Below are positions 51,701 through 63,734 of a stretch of 64,000 bases of DNA, piece after piece (within the stretch, counting starts at the first letter, position 1; every line of letters starts with the position of its first letter). This stretch comes from Marsupella aquatica. Its lineage: Eukaryota > Plantae > Marchantiophyta. The DNA is taken from assembly GCA_973895155.1 (NCBI GenBank), contig OZ316896.1:14129542-14193541 (forward strand), written 5' to 3'. Both the position numbers and the translations under genes were made by a program. The notes below the pieces were generated by a model, which was not told where the DNA came from, ran no database searches, and worked only from the letters and a program-made list of their open reading frames with translations.

Positions 51701-53524
51701 GAGAAGGGAAAGGGTGTTGAAGGGGGAGCTCGAGGTTATCCGCGGAGCCCTTAAGCAGAAGGAGGCTGAGTTAGGGAAATCCTATCAAGGGATTATTGCA
51801 CTGCAGCAGGAACTTGCATCCCTGACGGCCAGCTTCAAGGCCGACCTACGGGAGAAGGACGACCAGCTCGACTAGACTTATGCCAAGATGAATAAAATGG
51901 AGTTTGAGGTCGTAACGGAGCTCGACAAAGAGCTAAGAGCAACCCAGGAGGAGAGGGCTACCTTGAAGAAGGAATTGGAGGAAGCCCACAGGGAGCTGGA
52001 GGAAGCCCAGAAAGAACTGGAGGAGGCGCGCAAGGACCTGGACGAAGTGCAGGAGGAGTTGGAGGAAAGCACGCGGAAGCTGGAGAAGTTACAACGGCGA
52101 GCCGACAACCAAACGGAGCGGCTGAAGAAACAAGCCGCAGTAATTAAAGGCTTGGCTCCACAGGCCCAACTCCAATTGGGGCAACCAAGTTACCAGGAGT
52201 GGTACTGGCCGAAGAACAAGCCGCGCCACTTGCACCAGTGCCGGAAGTAAGTGGGAAGGGGAAGGGACCAGCTGCCGAACCAGAAAAGAAGAAGAAGCGG
52301 AAACCTTCAGGGTCAAGGAGTAATACGGCTCCACAGGCCGTGGTGACCCAGGAGGCAGACCCAGCACCGACCCCAGGCAGGGTCACGGCAGAGGATCCAA
52401 CTACCCTAGAAGCAGGGGATGACGAAGCCGAGGCTCAGGCCGAAGCCGTGGATGATGCCGAAGCCGGTGCCGAGGCCAAAGCCGAAGGTGGACCCAGTCA
52501 GGCCAATGGAGAGTTGACTAAGTCCAGGGCAGGTAATCTGTCAGAGAACAAACCTACGGCAGTGGCTGAGGAGGAAGCGTTGGGGGCTTCCACTGAGGAA
52601 CAGACACCGCTGCCATGACGGTGGTGGAGGGCCGCTCCTTTCAAGGAGGGCGGACGTGGAGGGAGGAGGCGTGAGTGGGCAGGGCGGGCTCGAATCTCTA
52701 AGTTTAGGATTAGGATCAGGACCAGGAGGCGGCCCTGACACTTAGCTTAGTGGGATTGCGGTTCCACTGGTAAGAGCAACACTTGTACTCCTGCCTCGCT
52801 GTAGTTAGGTAGATTCAGTTAGGTAGATTTGGCTTACGCTGCAAGGAATTAGGCGGATCCGCATCCATAATAAGTACCTGGGCAGCGGGGAGCTCAGGGC
52901 CTCTTCTTTAAGCAAGTTTTTAGTTGCACCAGCCGGGCTGGGATCAAGTAGTAAGAGAAGCTCTCGGTTAGTCATACAGTGACCCTTGTGTATATTCATG
53001 TTTCCTCATGCCTAAGAACTGAATAGAGTTGGCCTCACGGCTTAGTTCGCAGAGCTTGTGTATGAGATGTACCGTTTGTATGGCAAGTGCATGGTATGAC
53101 TCAGTCAAAAGGAGTCATTTTGCTATTTGTGTGTCGCATTAACTTGTGTGAAGAGTGCCCACATCAACTAATAGATGAAGGAAAGTAAGCAAGGGAGTGA
53201 GAGTTGGATGTGTCAAGCTGAGAGAGGTCTTAGCGGCTTAACCAAGCCTATTGGGGATCATTCCGGCGGCAGAATCCAAATATACCCAACCAGAAGGGGA
53301 GGAAGAGAAGGGAAGGCCTAGATTAGGCCGGCTACATATCTCATGACCCGATGAAGGATCTGTCCAGTATATGTGTGTAAAATGTTAATAGTAGTAGTAG
53401 AAGGAGGTTAGCAGCGTCCCATGCCGCTAAGCCGCAAAAATGGCCTCGCCGAGGACAAAACCCGTGGGAATCGGCTTGTGCGGGGGGGGTTTCTTGGGTT
53501 TGGGGAGCCATGGGGCGCACCACA
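48800..53524 (+). mobile_element. family A solo LTR, diverged subfamily (4725 bp), with a degenerate LTR ORF (~48914-52618)
   Basis: TGTGATACC...GCACCACA; TSD GAATC (48795-48799 and 53525-53529). Confidence 0.94.
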
Positions 53525-53989
53525 GAATCCTTGCATGGATTGGTCAACCTTGTGAATAGGAGGGGTGGTGACAGCACTCCACCAGCGACCAGCAGGAGTG
53601 AGTGTGGTGTAGTCCATGGACCTTGATCCAAAGCAGAGAGACTAGTCTGTAGACTTGATCAAAAATTATATTTTTGGGAGCGAAAATAAACATACTCATT
53701 CTACATGCAATAGAATCCAAATAGTGTCCCTCCACGTCCCCATCATACAATAACAAACGATTTTAGTAGAAGGAAATACGTATTTATTGTGTAAATCGTT
53801 TGATAAGCAGGTGACACCTTTCCCATATTTTTACTAATTAAACCTAGTGAAAGAAACTCTTATCCCTGTATGTGCATTAATAATTATCCTATTACCAGAG
53901 CATCATGGACAATAGTAGTCCCTCAAAACTTGAGCTTAAGCACTCTTTTCAATGCCCTGAAAACAAAAGATGAACTGTATTCATATGAA

Positions 53990-54154
53990 AGACATTCACT
54001 TGATGACCCCCAAACCAAAGTTTTCAATTACAACTAAACCCCATGAGGTTTTGGATATATATGTTGATTAAAAATCTAGCTAGCAATGGTCTAGATAGCT
54101 CATTGGGTCCATCAAGTAACACTTTTTAATTGGGGGTCCATCAAGTAAATGTCT
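53990..54154. mobile_element. MITE-like element with ~25-bp TIRs
   Basis: AGACATTCACTTGATGACCCCCAA ... TTGGGGGTCCATCAAGTAAATGTCT. Confidence 0.6.
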
Positions 54155-54255
54155 CTTGAATCTGTTCCAGGTGTAATCTGTGCTTTCAACATACTGAACA
54201 CCTATTCTTCAGTTGTGGCAAAGTTGTTGAGGGGTGGACAGAGATCCACCAACTT

Positions 54256-54513
54256 GTGCTTAACTCCCCTGCCCTCAAGATTAATACCAGCACAATGTTT
54301 GAGGCCATTAACAGTGCAATGCTGAAGCATAAACAGAAGTCTAGACCTTTGATTATTCATATGGAGCTCTGCAACAGCATCTGGAATGAGAGGAACAAAG
54401 CCACCTACTCTCAATTCCTAGGGAGGCTCCCTGGTTGGGTCATCCTCCGTAACACTGACATACATTTGAAATCCATGATGAACATTTGTCACTCCATGAA
54501 GAAACTAAGGTAA
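54256..54513 (+). pseudogene. LINE (L1-like) ORF2 C-terminal remnant
   Basis: ELCNSIWNERNKATY matches the IW(K/N)ERN motif typical of plant LINE ORF2 tails. Confidence 0.5.
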
Positions 54514-54753
54514 GCAACTCAAGGACGTCATCGAGCAACTCCAAATCATGTTGAAACCCTGGGAGCAGACTGACAGTTTGATTTCTCTTGGAGCTAAAGG
54601 TGAGGAAAGTAGTTAGGTTCCAACAGATGACTAGTTATAGTAGACAGGTTAGTGAGAGCAGCAAAAGTGAGTATTGGCGCCCTCATCGTAAGGTTTTGGC
54701 TGTTGCCAAGAGTACTAAGAGTAGGAGGGAGAGGAGAGACACAAGGACAGGAG

Positions 54754-55187
54754 TGTTAGGATTTACTCTTAGGTCTAGAGTTATGACTGTACGTAGTTAA
54801 GGCTAACCTTAGTCGCAGTCTTGGTTAGGTTAGTCATGCTATGCACACTCTATAACCAAGCGGTATTTGCTTGGAGAGTGGGAACTCAGGCTCATTGTTA
54901 CGGAGCTAGTTGAGAGATAGAGAGAGCTTGCGTTGTGGATGCTTGGTATGGTCGGTCGGCCTAGAGTGCAGTAAAACTCTCGTGTCCCGTGGACGTAGTC
55001 TCATGTGGAGGTGAACCACATATCTCTCTGTGTCAACTATTGTGTGTTGGATGGTTCATGGGCTTGCTGTTACGAATGTCGTCTATGCTCAACAAGTGGT
55101 ATTAGAGCATCTACCTTGCAGAAGTGCATTTCTCAGTCTACTACAGAAGTAGAGTATGTTGCAGCAGCAGAAGCAGCAAAGGAAGCA
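54754..55187 (+). mobile_element. truncated copia: LTR (54754-55094) plus PBS fused directly to an RNase H fragment
   Basis: LTR of the 345-bp family, then TGGTATTAGAGC, then STLQKCISQSTTEVEYVAAAEAAKEA, which matches the RH of the element at 11330-11405. Confidence 0.88.
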
Positions 55188-55738
55188 AAGACCCCCAAAA
55201 ATACTATCTGACTAGTCGAGCCCAGAACTTTATAATTATTGGCCTAAGTAACTTCAATTCTTTACTTTGATGGGGGCCAAGAAATGGCCCAAACTTGTGG
55301 TGGGGTTTGTGGTCAAAACCATGCAAACTCTAGATGTTAGTTGAGTCTATTGTGACCACATAACTTTGGTCATTGACTTTGTATATTTTTTGCACAACCC
55401 AAAATGGCAAAAATTTACTGGATTTGACCTCTGTAAAAAGTCTTAGTCACCTTTTTACAAAACTTTGCCAAGTTTTAAGTCTTCCATAGGGGTGCTCCGA
55501 CTTTAAACAATTTCCACCAAATGGAAATAAAAAGGTTTTTAGGACCATCGTATCTAGATATATGAGGAAACAAGTATTCTTTAAGGTACCTAACAAATGT
55601 GAAGATTCCCCAATACAAGGTAAAATAGTGTGTCTTGTAGTGTTTGGTTTTTGTCCGCTTTGGACTTCCTTTGTTTGTTGTTTTGTATTCCCATCTTGAG
55701 AAGAATAATTAATCTTTTTAGTTGACTCCAATTTTGAT

Positions 55739-55791
55739 TCAAGGTGACAGGATTTGAACCTGTAACTTTCTGCGCCCAAGGCAGACGCGCT
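55739..55791 (-). pseudogene. trnP: 5'-truncated organelle-type (mitochondrial-like) tRNA-Pro(UGG) fragment
   Basis: Minus strand AGCGCG TCTGC-CTTGGGC-GCAGA AAGTT ACAGG-TTCAAAT-CCTGT CACCTTGA: anticodon arm, T arm and 3' acceptor strand present; 5' acceptor strand and most of the D arm missing. Confidence 0.65.
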
Positions 55792-56209
55792 TAATTCATT
55801 TTTAGAGTTTGGATGGATTTTTAAGTAACCCCTTTAAAGCAAGAATAAATTAGATTTTGGTGACTTGGTACATGTGCCTCAATCATTATCGGATCCTGTA
55901 CAAGCTGCGTTACCTTCATTTCATGAGTTTTTATCCTTGGACCCTGTCCATCTTCAGACTGACCTTATTGGGCGTATGCACGCTTTCACCCTCTCTAGCA
56001 TCCTCACCAAGGCGTGCACCTGACATAGACCAAGCTCAGATTCTTTCTTCCAGAGGGAAGGGTGCAGGAGGATGACTTCATGCCAATCTAGTCATTCCTC
56101 ATCTACGGATGTCTTTCAAGGAGTTCTCAACACCCATGCATTTTTGTATGGGGCTGCCCAACCCACTTCTTGTAGGTTCACCTACTTCTTGCACATGTGG
56201 GAAGCCCTA

Positions 56210-56933
56210 TAATCCCGGTTTGAACTAACGGACATATTGTCGTGTTGTCTGACACGACAACTTATCATTTGTCGGCTCTAAAAGGGGTCAAATGTTGCAT
56301 ATTCGCCTTTATTCCCTAGCCGGTCCCAAACTTTCCCGAACCCCTCCTGATTGTTAGGATTTACTCTTAGGTCTAGAGTTACAATTGTACCATAGTTAAG
56401 GCTAATCTTAGTCGTAGACTTGGTTAGGTTAGTCATGCTGTGCATACTCTATAACCAAGCGGTGTTTGCTTGGAGCGGGGGAACTCAGGCTCATTGTTAC
56501 GGAGCTAGTTGAGAGATAGAGAAAGCTTGCGCTGTGGATGCTTGGTATGGCCGATTGGCCTAGAGTGCAGTAAAGCTCATGTGTGTTCTCATGGATGTAG
56601 CCTCATGTGGAGGTGAACCACGTATCTCTCTGTGTTGACTATTGTGCGTTGGATGGTTCATGGGCTTGCCGTTGCAATCGTCGTCTATGCTCTACACTGA
56701 CCCGGTCCCAAATTCTCCCAAACTCCTCCCAAACTCCCCCGGTTTAGCGAGCCGGCCCCCCAGTTTGGGTCAGGGCCGGGTCAGGGCGGGGTAGGATAAG
56801 GTCGGGGTTGGAGCGGGGTGTGGGTTGGTCGGGGATGGGGAGTAGTGGCCGGGGCCGGGACGACCGGGTGTGACACATGTTGGATGTCGGGGTCCAGACC
56901 CTTCATTTGTCAGACAAGTCCAAACCAGGCCTG
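56210..56933 (+). mobile_element. MITE-like repeat, copy 2, interrupted by a copia solo LTR
   Basis: Left CCCGGTTTGAACT and right AGTCCAAACCAGG are imperfect inverted termini; homologous to 9241-9600. Confidence 0.65.
56352..56696 (+). mobile_element. copia-family solo LTR (345 bp)
   Basis: TGTTAGGAT...CTCTACA; near-perfect TSD CTGAT/CTGAC. Confidence 0.92.
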
Positions 56934-58769
56934 GAATGCCACTGGTGTCCATCTTCTTCAGTGTAGTTTGGGTGGTGAAACCATTATTGTTACGACACTG
57001 TGAGAGATGTGATTGCTCAGTTCTCTCTAGCTCTTTGGTCCAGTGCGATGGAAGGTGGTGCTTGAGTTACCTGGTCCTCCATGACAATGGTTATAGGTTG
57101 ATTTTACCATGGTTTGTGATGGTCAGCATACTGTGGCAGATGTAGAGGTGGCAAACCCATTGTGCCAAGACATCTTTGGGACAACAGCAACAACAGCCCG
57201 GGCAGCAGCATCACGAGCGACAACAACGAGGGAGGCAAAATATGTTGCACGAGCTTCATCTGATAGCCTTGCCCCCTTGCTCTTGAAACCTTTGGGCGTC
57301 TCCCTCATCAGTTTGACTGGCTTCTTTGATAGACTGCTCAGGATATTCATGGTCGGATGGGTCGCACCGGATGCCCACTATCTCTTTTGACCACACACAT
57401 TTGCCAACGCATTTCAGTCACCTTATACATGCTCAAGCCATCTATCGCCAATCTCTCAGAGTGGGTGCTTGTGCCTCCCCATCAACAGCCCCCCTAGAAG
57501 ACATTCACGTTCCACTTGCCAATTTTGTTTTGACACTTGATGTGGACCATTAGCTTTTGCCACATTTTCTAGGTTTGATGAGGACCTTTGTCCATTTGCA
57601 TTAGTTTCCCTGTTAATTTTGGTTCCTCTTTCTTGTTTTTAGGGGTTTCCCCACATGCCATTTTTCTAGTAGACAATTGTCTTCTAGAAACTATTGTGAC
57701 CCTTTCCAAAACAACGTGGGCCTCTCATTTGTTTTGCATAATAGCTAGTGACACTTAAGTTACTCAAAACCATAGACTTAGGAAATATAACTTTGAGCTC
57801 TTGTGATGCCTAGCCAGGAATCATTAGGCCAGTTTAAATAGTAAAATCAGGAGTGTACCCTAGGAAACACCTTAGTATAGTAACAAAAATAGGGAAATAT
57901 AAACAATTAAGGGTGACTATGAAACCCGAGCCGAGGCCGAAAGTAAGGACGTCGGGGGAGGGAACACGATTAGGGTTAGGGTGCGCTAAGTACCGGTGGC
58001 TATGGGTAACCAACGGGAAGGAAGACCAGCCAAAGTGGGGGGGTAAGGACCGAGCGCAAGGAATGGCGGCTCATTTGCAAACACGAGCCAAGCGGACGAC
58101 TACAGGAGGCCAACTGTTGTCCGTTGCTCAGGCAAGCACTCGGGGTGGAAGCAGATACCGACAATCAACTCAAGAAGGGTATGAGCAACGTCAATCAAGC
58201 TACTCATTTTTGGGGATGCCTATTAGAACGGGCAACTGAGTACATTGGGACCTACGAGGACAAAGAATCAGAGAGAGCAGCTCGAGAATGGCAGGAGCTC
58301 GCTCGGCTGTGGGAGCTGCAGAAGTCTGATTTCTTAGGAGGAGACCTCATTACGGCTGAATTCTTGTGGACGCCTACTGCCTACAAACTTGACGATCTTC
58401 TATTTTGTGAGAACAGAATAGTTGGCATCCGGGAGGCCATCAACCGCTGCAACGATATACACTGGGAGTTGAGGGTAGCACGGAGGGGTGGACAAAGGCA
58501 ACCGTGCTAGGAGAAACATCCACGACAACCGCTATGAAGAGGAAAGGGAACAACAACGAAGAAGCCACCCCTGCAAAAAGAACGAGGTTGGCAGCACCCA
58601 GGAAACCAGTAGAGCAGGGAAGCAGGAGGCGGGCGGAAGTCAAAGAGGAGGAGGTCGACCCCGTCAATGCCGTTCCAACAAGAGATGACACTTGGAAAGG
58701 CTGGGCGGCGACCCTCCCCGAGGAGGTGCAATTACACTTTGCACAGGAAGAGGATGCATGCTTTACGGC

Positions 58770-61700
58770 TGTGGTGCGTCCCCTGCCTCCCCAAACCCAA
58801 GAAACCCCCTTGCTCAAGCTGATTCCCGCAGGTTTCGTCCTTGGCGAGGCCGTTTCCGCGGTCTAGCGGCATGGGACGCTGCTAATCCCATTAACATTTT
58901 ACACACATATACTAGACAGATCCTTCATCGGGTCATGAGATACTCAGCCGGCCTATTCCCTCCCTTGTATTCCTCTCCTGGTCCTCCATTAGGTATGTTT
59001 GGATTCCGCCGCCGGAATGATCCCCAATTGGCTTGGTTAAGCCGCTAAGACCTCTCTCAGCTTGACACATCCAACTCTCACTCCCCTGCTTACTTCTATT
59101 CCTCTATTAGTTGATGTGGGCACTCTTCCACAAGTTAATGCGACACACAAATAGCAAAATGACTCCTTCTGACTGAGTTATACCATGCACTTGCCATACA
59201 AACAGTACATCTCATATACAAGCTCTGCGAACTAAGCCGTGAGGCCAACTCTATTAAGTTCTTAAGTATGAGGAAACATGAATATATACAAGGGTCACTG
59301 TATAACTAACCGAGAGCTTCTCTTACTACTTGATCCCAGCCCTGCTGGTGCAACTAAAAACTTGCTAAAGAAGAGGCCCTGAACTCCCCGCAGCCCAGGT
59401 ACTTATCCTGGTTGCGGATCTGCCTGATTCCTTGCAGCGTAAGCCTAATCTACCTACTATAATCTACCTAAGTACAGCGAGGCAGGAGCACAAGTGTTGT
59501 CCACACCCATGGATCCGAAATCCCACTAATCTAAGTGTCAGGGCCGTCTCCTGATCTTGATCCTAAGTCTAAACTTGGAGATCAGCGCCCGCCCTGCCCA
59601 CTCATGCCTCCTACCTCCACGTCCGCCCTTCCTAAAAGGAACGGCGCCCTTACACCGTCATGACACCGGTGGTTGGTTCTCAATGGACGCCCCCAACGCT
59701 TCCTCCGCAGCCACTGCCGTTGGTCCATCCTCTGACAGATTACCTGCCCTTGACCAAGTCAACTCTTCATCGGCCTGACTGGGTCCACCCTCGGCTTCGG
59801 CCTCAGCATCGGTCACGGCCTCTGCCACGGCTACGGCCTCTGCCACGGCTACGGCCTCTGCCACGGCTTGTTCTAGTGGAGGACCTAGTACCTCGGCAGC
59901 ATTACTGGTTCTCCCGGCTTCGGCCTTGCCATCTCCACTTCCTAGGACTGGTGGATCCACCACCTTGCTGATGCCGGAGGTTGGTGCCGGGTTTATCTTC
60001 TCGGTCACAATGGTTTGAGAAGCTGTATAACTCCCAGACCTAGAAGGTTTCCGCTTCTTCTTCTTCCCTATTTCGACAGCCAGTTCATTCCCCTTGCCAC
60101 TTACCTCCAGCACCGGGGTGAGTGTTACGGCTTGTCCTTTGGCCAATACTACCCCTGGTAACTGGGTTCCACCAATTGGAGTTGGACCTGATGAAGCCAA
60201 GCATTTAAATACTGTGGCTGGTGTCTTCAGCCGCTCCGTTTGGTTGTTGGCCCGCCGCTGTAGGTTCTCCATCTTCCTCGTGATTTCCTCCAACTCCTTT
60301 TGGGTCTCGTCCAGGTCCTTGCGCGCCTCCTCTAGCTCCTTATTGGCTTCCTCCAATTCTCTTTTCAAGGTAGCCCTCTCCTCCTGGGTTGCTCTTAGCT
60401 CCCTGTTGAGCTCTGCGATGACCACAGACTCCATCTTATTCATCTTGGCATAAGTCTGGTCGAGCTGGTCATCCTTTTCACGCAGGTCGGCCTTGAAGCC
60501 GGCCGTCAGGGACGCAAGCTCCTGCTGCAGCGCAATAATCCCTTGATAGGATTTCCCTAACTCTACTTCCTTCTGCTCAAGGGCTCCGCGGATATCTTCG
60601 AGCTCTCCTTTCAATGCCCTCTCCCTTCTCTGGTTCTCCGCCATGGCCTGATTGTTGGTTGCTAAGTGGGCTTCCTCTGCATCCCTTAGCTCCCGCTTCC
60701 ATTTCTCTCTCTCCTTGACTGCGCCGACCAACTCTCCTTGGGTCCGAGTCAGTTTATCTTTGATAATCTGACTGTCAGTCTGAGCGGTATCCAACTGCCC
60801 CTCCATGATGTTTAGCTCATGCCGCTTAATCCGCAACTCATCTTGGGCTTTCTTGGCCGCCTGCAGGTCTTCCACCTCGGCTTCCTTCTCCCTAAGCCGC
60901 CGGATGACCTTGTCCTTCTTGCTTCTCTCCAAAGCCACCGCTTCTTCTAACCGGTGCTTTTCCAACATCTCCCTTTGGAAAAAGGGTCCCTGCTCCAACT
61001 CCTCCCCAAAGATGCTGAGTGCCAGGTCCCCACACATCTCCCCGTACTCCATGGCTCTATCCTTAGCATAGGTGGAGTAACTAGAAGTCATCGGCATCAA
61101 CCACCGCGGCCTCTGCTCCCAAGCTGTCTTGCGGATTTCTTCTACGGTGGCAAGAGGGTTGCTTCTTTTCTTGGCAAGCCGCTTGATGTCCTCCGGCCAA
61201 TCTCCTCCTGGTAAATCCTTCTCCCTAGCCAGGGCTGCACTCTCTTCCTCCCTAAGTCGCTCCTGAAATTCTTGTGCTATCTGCTTTATACCGTCAAAGC
61301 TCGGGGGAGCAACCTCTGGTGGGGGAGACTCGGGGTTACTCTGCTGGGTGGGGTCCCCTCGAACTACTCTTGGAAGTGTGGGGATAAATCGGCCACAGGT
61401 CCTTACTCCTGGAACATGATGATCTGACCCATAGCCGGAGTTATCATTGCTGTAGTCCTCCACTGCCTCCTCCACTACTTGGACGCCCGGCTCCTCTGCC
61501 TCAGATTCGGGGCTTGAGGCTCCTACGTACATTTGCACTCCCGGCTTGTGCTCTGGCCTCAATCTCTCCTTGGTTCCGGTAAAGGGGTCTTCCCTTCTGA
61601 GTCAGCTTAGGTTGACTTCTGGGGCAGCATCCTGTATTGGTGCTGTTGCCGTTGCCGTAACCGTTCTCCTTTCCTTCTCTAGCAATTTCAGCAGATTTTG

Positions 61701-63352
61701 CATGCCTGGTTGCTGCATCGGCAAGTCCTCTTCCCTTGGCCTAAACACCTGCTTGATCGTCGGACTGTCGGGCTGGTTTGGCTTCTCTGGTGCCGGCCTC
61801 TTCTCCTGGACCTCCTCCGGTGCCCTTGCCGATAGGGGAAGCACTGGGGCAAAGATTTGACTTCTGGCATACCGACACAACAGTGGCATGTGATAGCCAA
61901 GCCGGGACACGCTTCCCACGCCGATCACCTGTTGTTCCTCCTTCAAGATCTTCTTCAGTTGGTTGAGGAGGTACCCGTTGTAATCCTGGCTTGGGTCTGG
62001 CCTTTCTGCCAGGTAGACCTGAGCCTTGCCGATCTCTGCCCTCGGCAAGTTACAGTGCATGGTCACTCGCAAGAAATCAATCATCTCTCCGATGTGCGGG
62101 TTGGTGCAGGTGTTCCGGAAGAATCCATTCTTCGTTGATGGTCCTGGAAATGACCAAAACTCCTTGTCAGGTAAGGTCTTCCTGGTATCAACCTTGGTCT
62201 TATTACCCATCGGCAAGCCAAACACTTCAGCAATCACCCGGGGAGTGAGATAGAAATCCTTCCCATACACCCTCGTGGAATTGGTCTCGGGTTCCCATGA
62301 TCCCACAAATTCTAACAAGTCTGAGTCCGGCACCTCCGGCTTCAGCCATGGTAATCTTACGAAGGCTTCCAAGCCGGATCCGGCCATGAAGCCTTGGTAC
62401 TTCTTGGTCTGCATGGCCGTAAAGCATGCATCCTCCTCCCGTGCAAAGTGTAATTGCACTTCCTCCGGTAGGGTCGCCGCCCAGCCTTTCCAGGTGTCAT
62501 CGTTTGTTGGAATGGCATTGATGGGATCAACCTCTTCCTCTTTGGCTTCTCCTCTTGTCCTGCTCGGCTGCTCTGCTAGCTTCCTAGGTGCCGCCGACCT
62601 CATTCTTTTTGCCAGGGTGGCCTCATCGTCGTTGTTTCCTTTCCTCTTCATCTCGGCTGCCGTGGATGTTTCTCCTAGCAAGATTGCCTTCGTCCACCCC
62701 TCCATGTTACCCTTCAACTCCCAGTGTAGGTCATTGCAGTGATTGATGGCTTCCCGGATGCCGATGATTATGTTTTCGCAAAACAGAAGGTCATCGAGCT
62801 GATTGGCAGTAGGAGTCCACAAGAACTCAGCCTTGATAAGTTCTCCTCCTAAGAAAGCCGTCATCTGCAGTTCCCAGAGCCGAGCGAGCTCCTACCGTTC
62901 TTGAGCTGCTCTCTCCGATTCTTCGTCCTCATAAGTCCTGACGTACTCACCTGCCCGTTCGAGCAGGCATCCCCAAAAATGTGCCGCTTGATTGATGTTG
63001 CTCATACCCTCCTTGATTGATCGTTGGTATCTATTCCCACCTCGAGTGCTTGTCTAAGCAGCTGACAGCATTTGGCCTCTCGTAGTCGTCCTTGCAAATA
63101 AGCCACTATTCCTCGCGAGTGGTTCTTACCCCTCTCCTCCTCTGGTCCCCCCTAGCCGCCGACGCTTAGTGCGCCCTAACCCTAATCGTGTTCTCTCCCC
63201 GACGTCCTTATTTCCGGCCTCGGCCCGGGTTCCATAGTCACCCTTAATTGTTTATATTTTCCTTGTGTTTGGTCCTATACTTAAGGTGTTTCCAGGGTAC
63301 ACTCCTGCTTACCATGTAAACCGGGCCTAGTGATTCCTGGCTAGGCATCACA
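58770..63352 (-). mobile_element. family A solo LTR (4583 bp), inverted and nested in another family A LTR
   Basis: TSD ACGGC (58765-58769 and 63353-63357); termini match family A in reverse. Confidence 0.95.
59658..63005 (-). pseudogene. LTR ORF of the inverted copy, 1115 codons with two in-frame stops
   Basis: ATG 63005 (MSN), ORF 62864-61602 and ORF 61562-59658 share one frame; stops at ~62892 and 61602. Confidence 0.85.
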
Positions 63353-63734
63353 ACGGCTATGCAGACTCGGAAATACCAAGGTTTCATGGCCGGATCCGGC
63401 TTGGAAGCCTTCGTAAAGTTACCATGGCTGAAGCCGGAGGTGCCGGATTCAGACTTACTAGAATTCGAGGGATCATGGGAGCCCGAGACCAATTCCACAA
63501 AGGTGTATGGGAAGGATTTCCATCTCACTCCTTGGGTGATTGCCAAAGTGTTTGGCTTGCCGATGGGCAATAAGACCAAAGTAGATACCAGGAAGACCTT
63601 GCCAGACAAGGAGTTCCGGTCGTTTCCAGGGCCATCAACAAAGAATGGCTTCTTCCGAAACACCTGCACCAACCCGCACATAGGAGAAATGATTGATTTC
63701 TTGCGGATAACCATGCATTGTAACTTGCCAAGGG

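Larger units (their letters stand above)
57802..63734 (+). mobile_element. family A LTR (left ~1.35 kb visible: 57802-58769 and 63358-63734), interrupted twice; probably continues beyond the window
   Basis: Starts TGTGATGCCTAGCC; the ORF resumes as MQTRKYQG after the inverted insertion and breaks again at 63735. Confidence 0.9.

Noticed and set aside
54754-56696. TRIM formed by the two same-orientation copia LTRs
   Set aside because: The second LTR has its own TSD (CTGAT/CTGAC) inside a MITE and no PPT, and the outer flanks (AGGAG versus CTGAC) do not match.
15091-62742. Numerous antisense and alternative-frame ORFs repeated in each family A LTR
   Set aside because: They are shadows of the long purine-rich sense ORF and recur only because the LTR is repeated.
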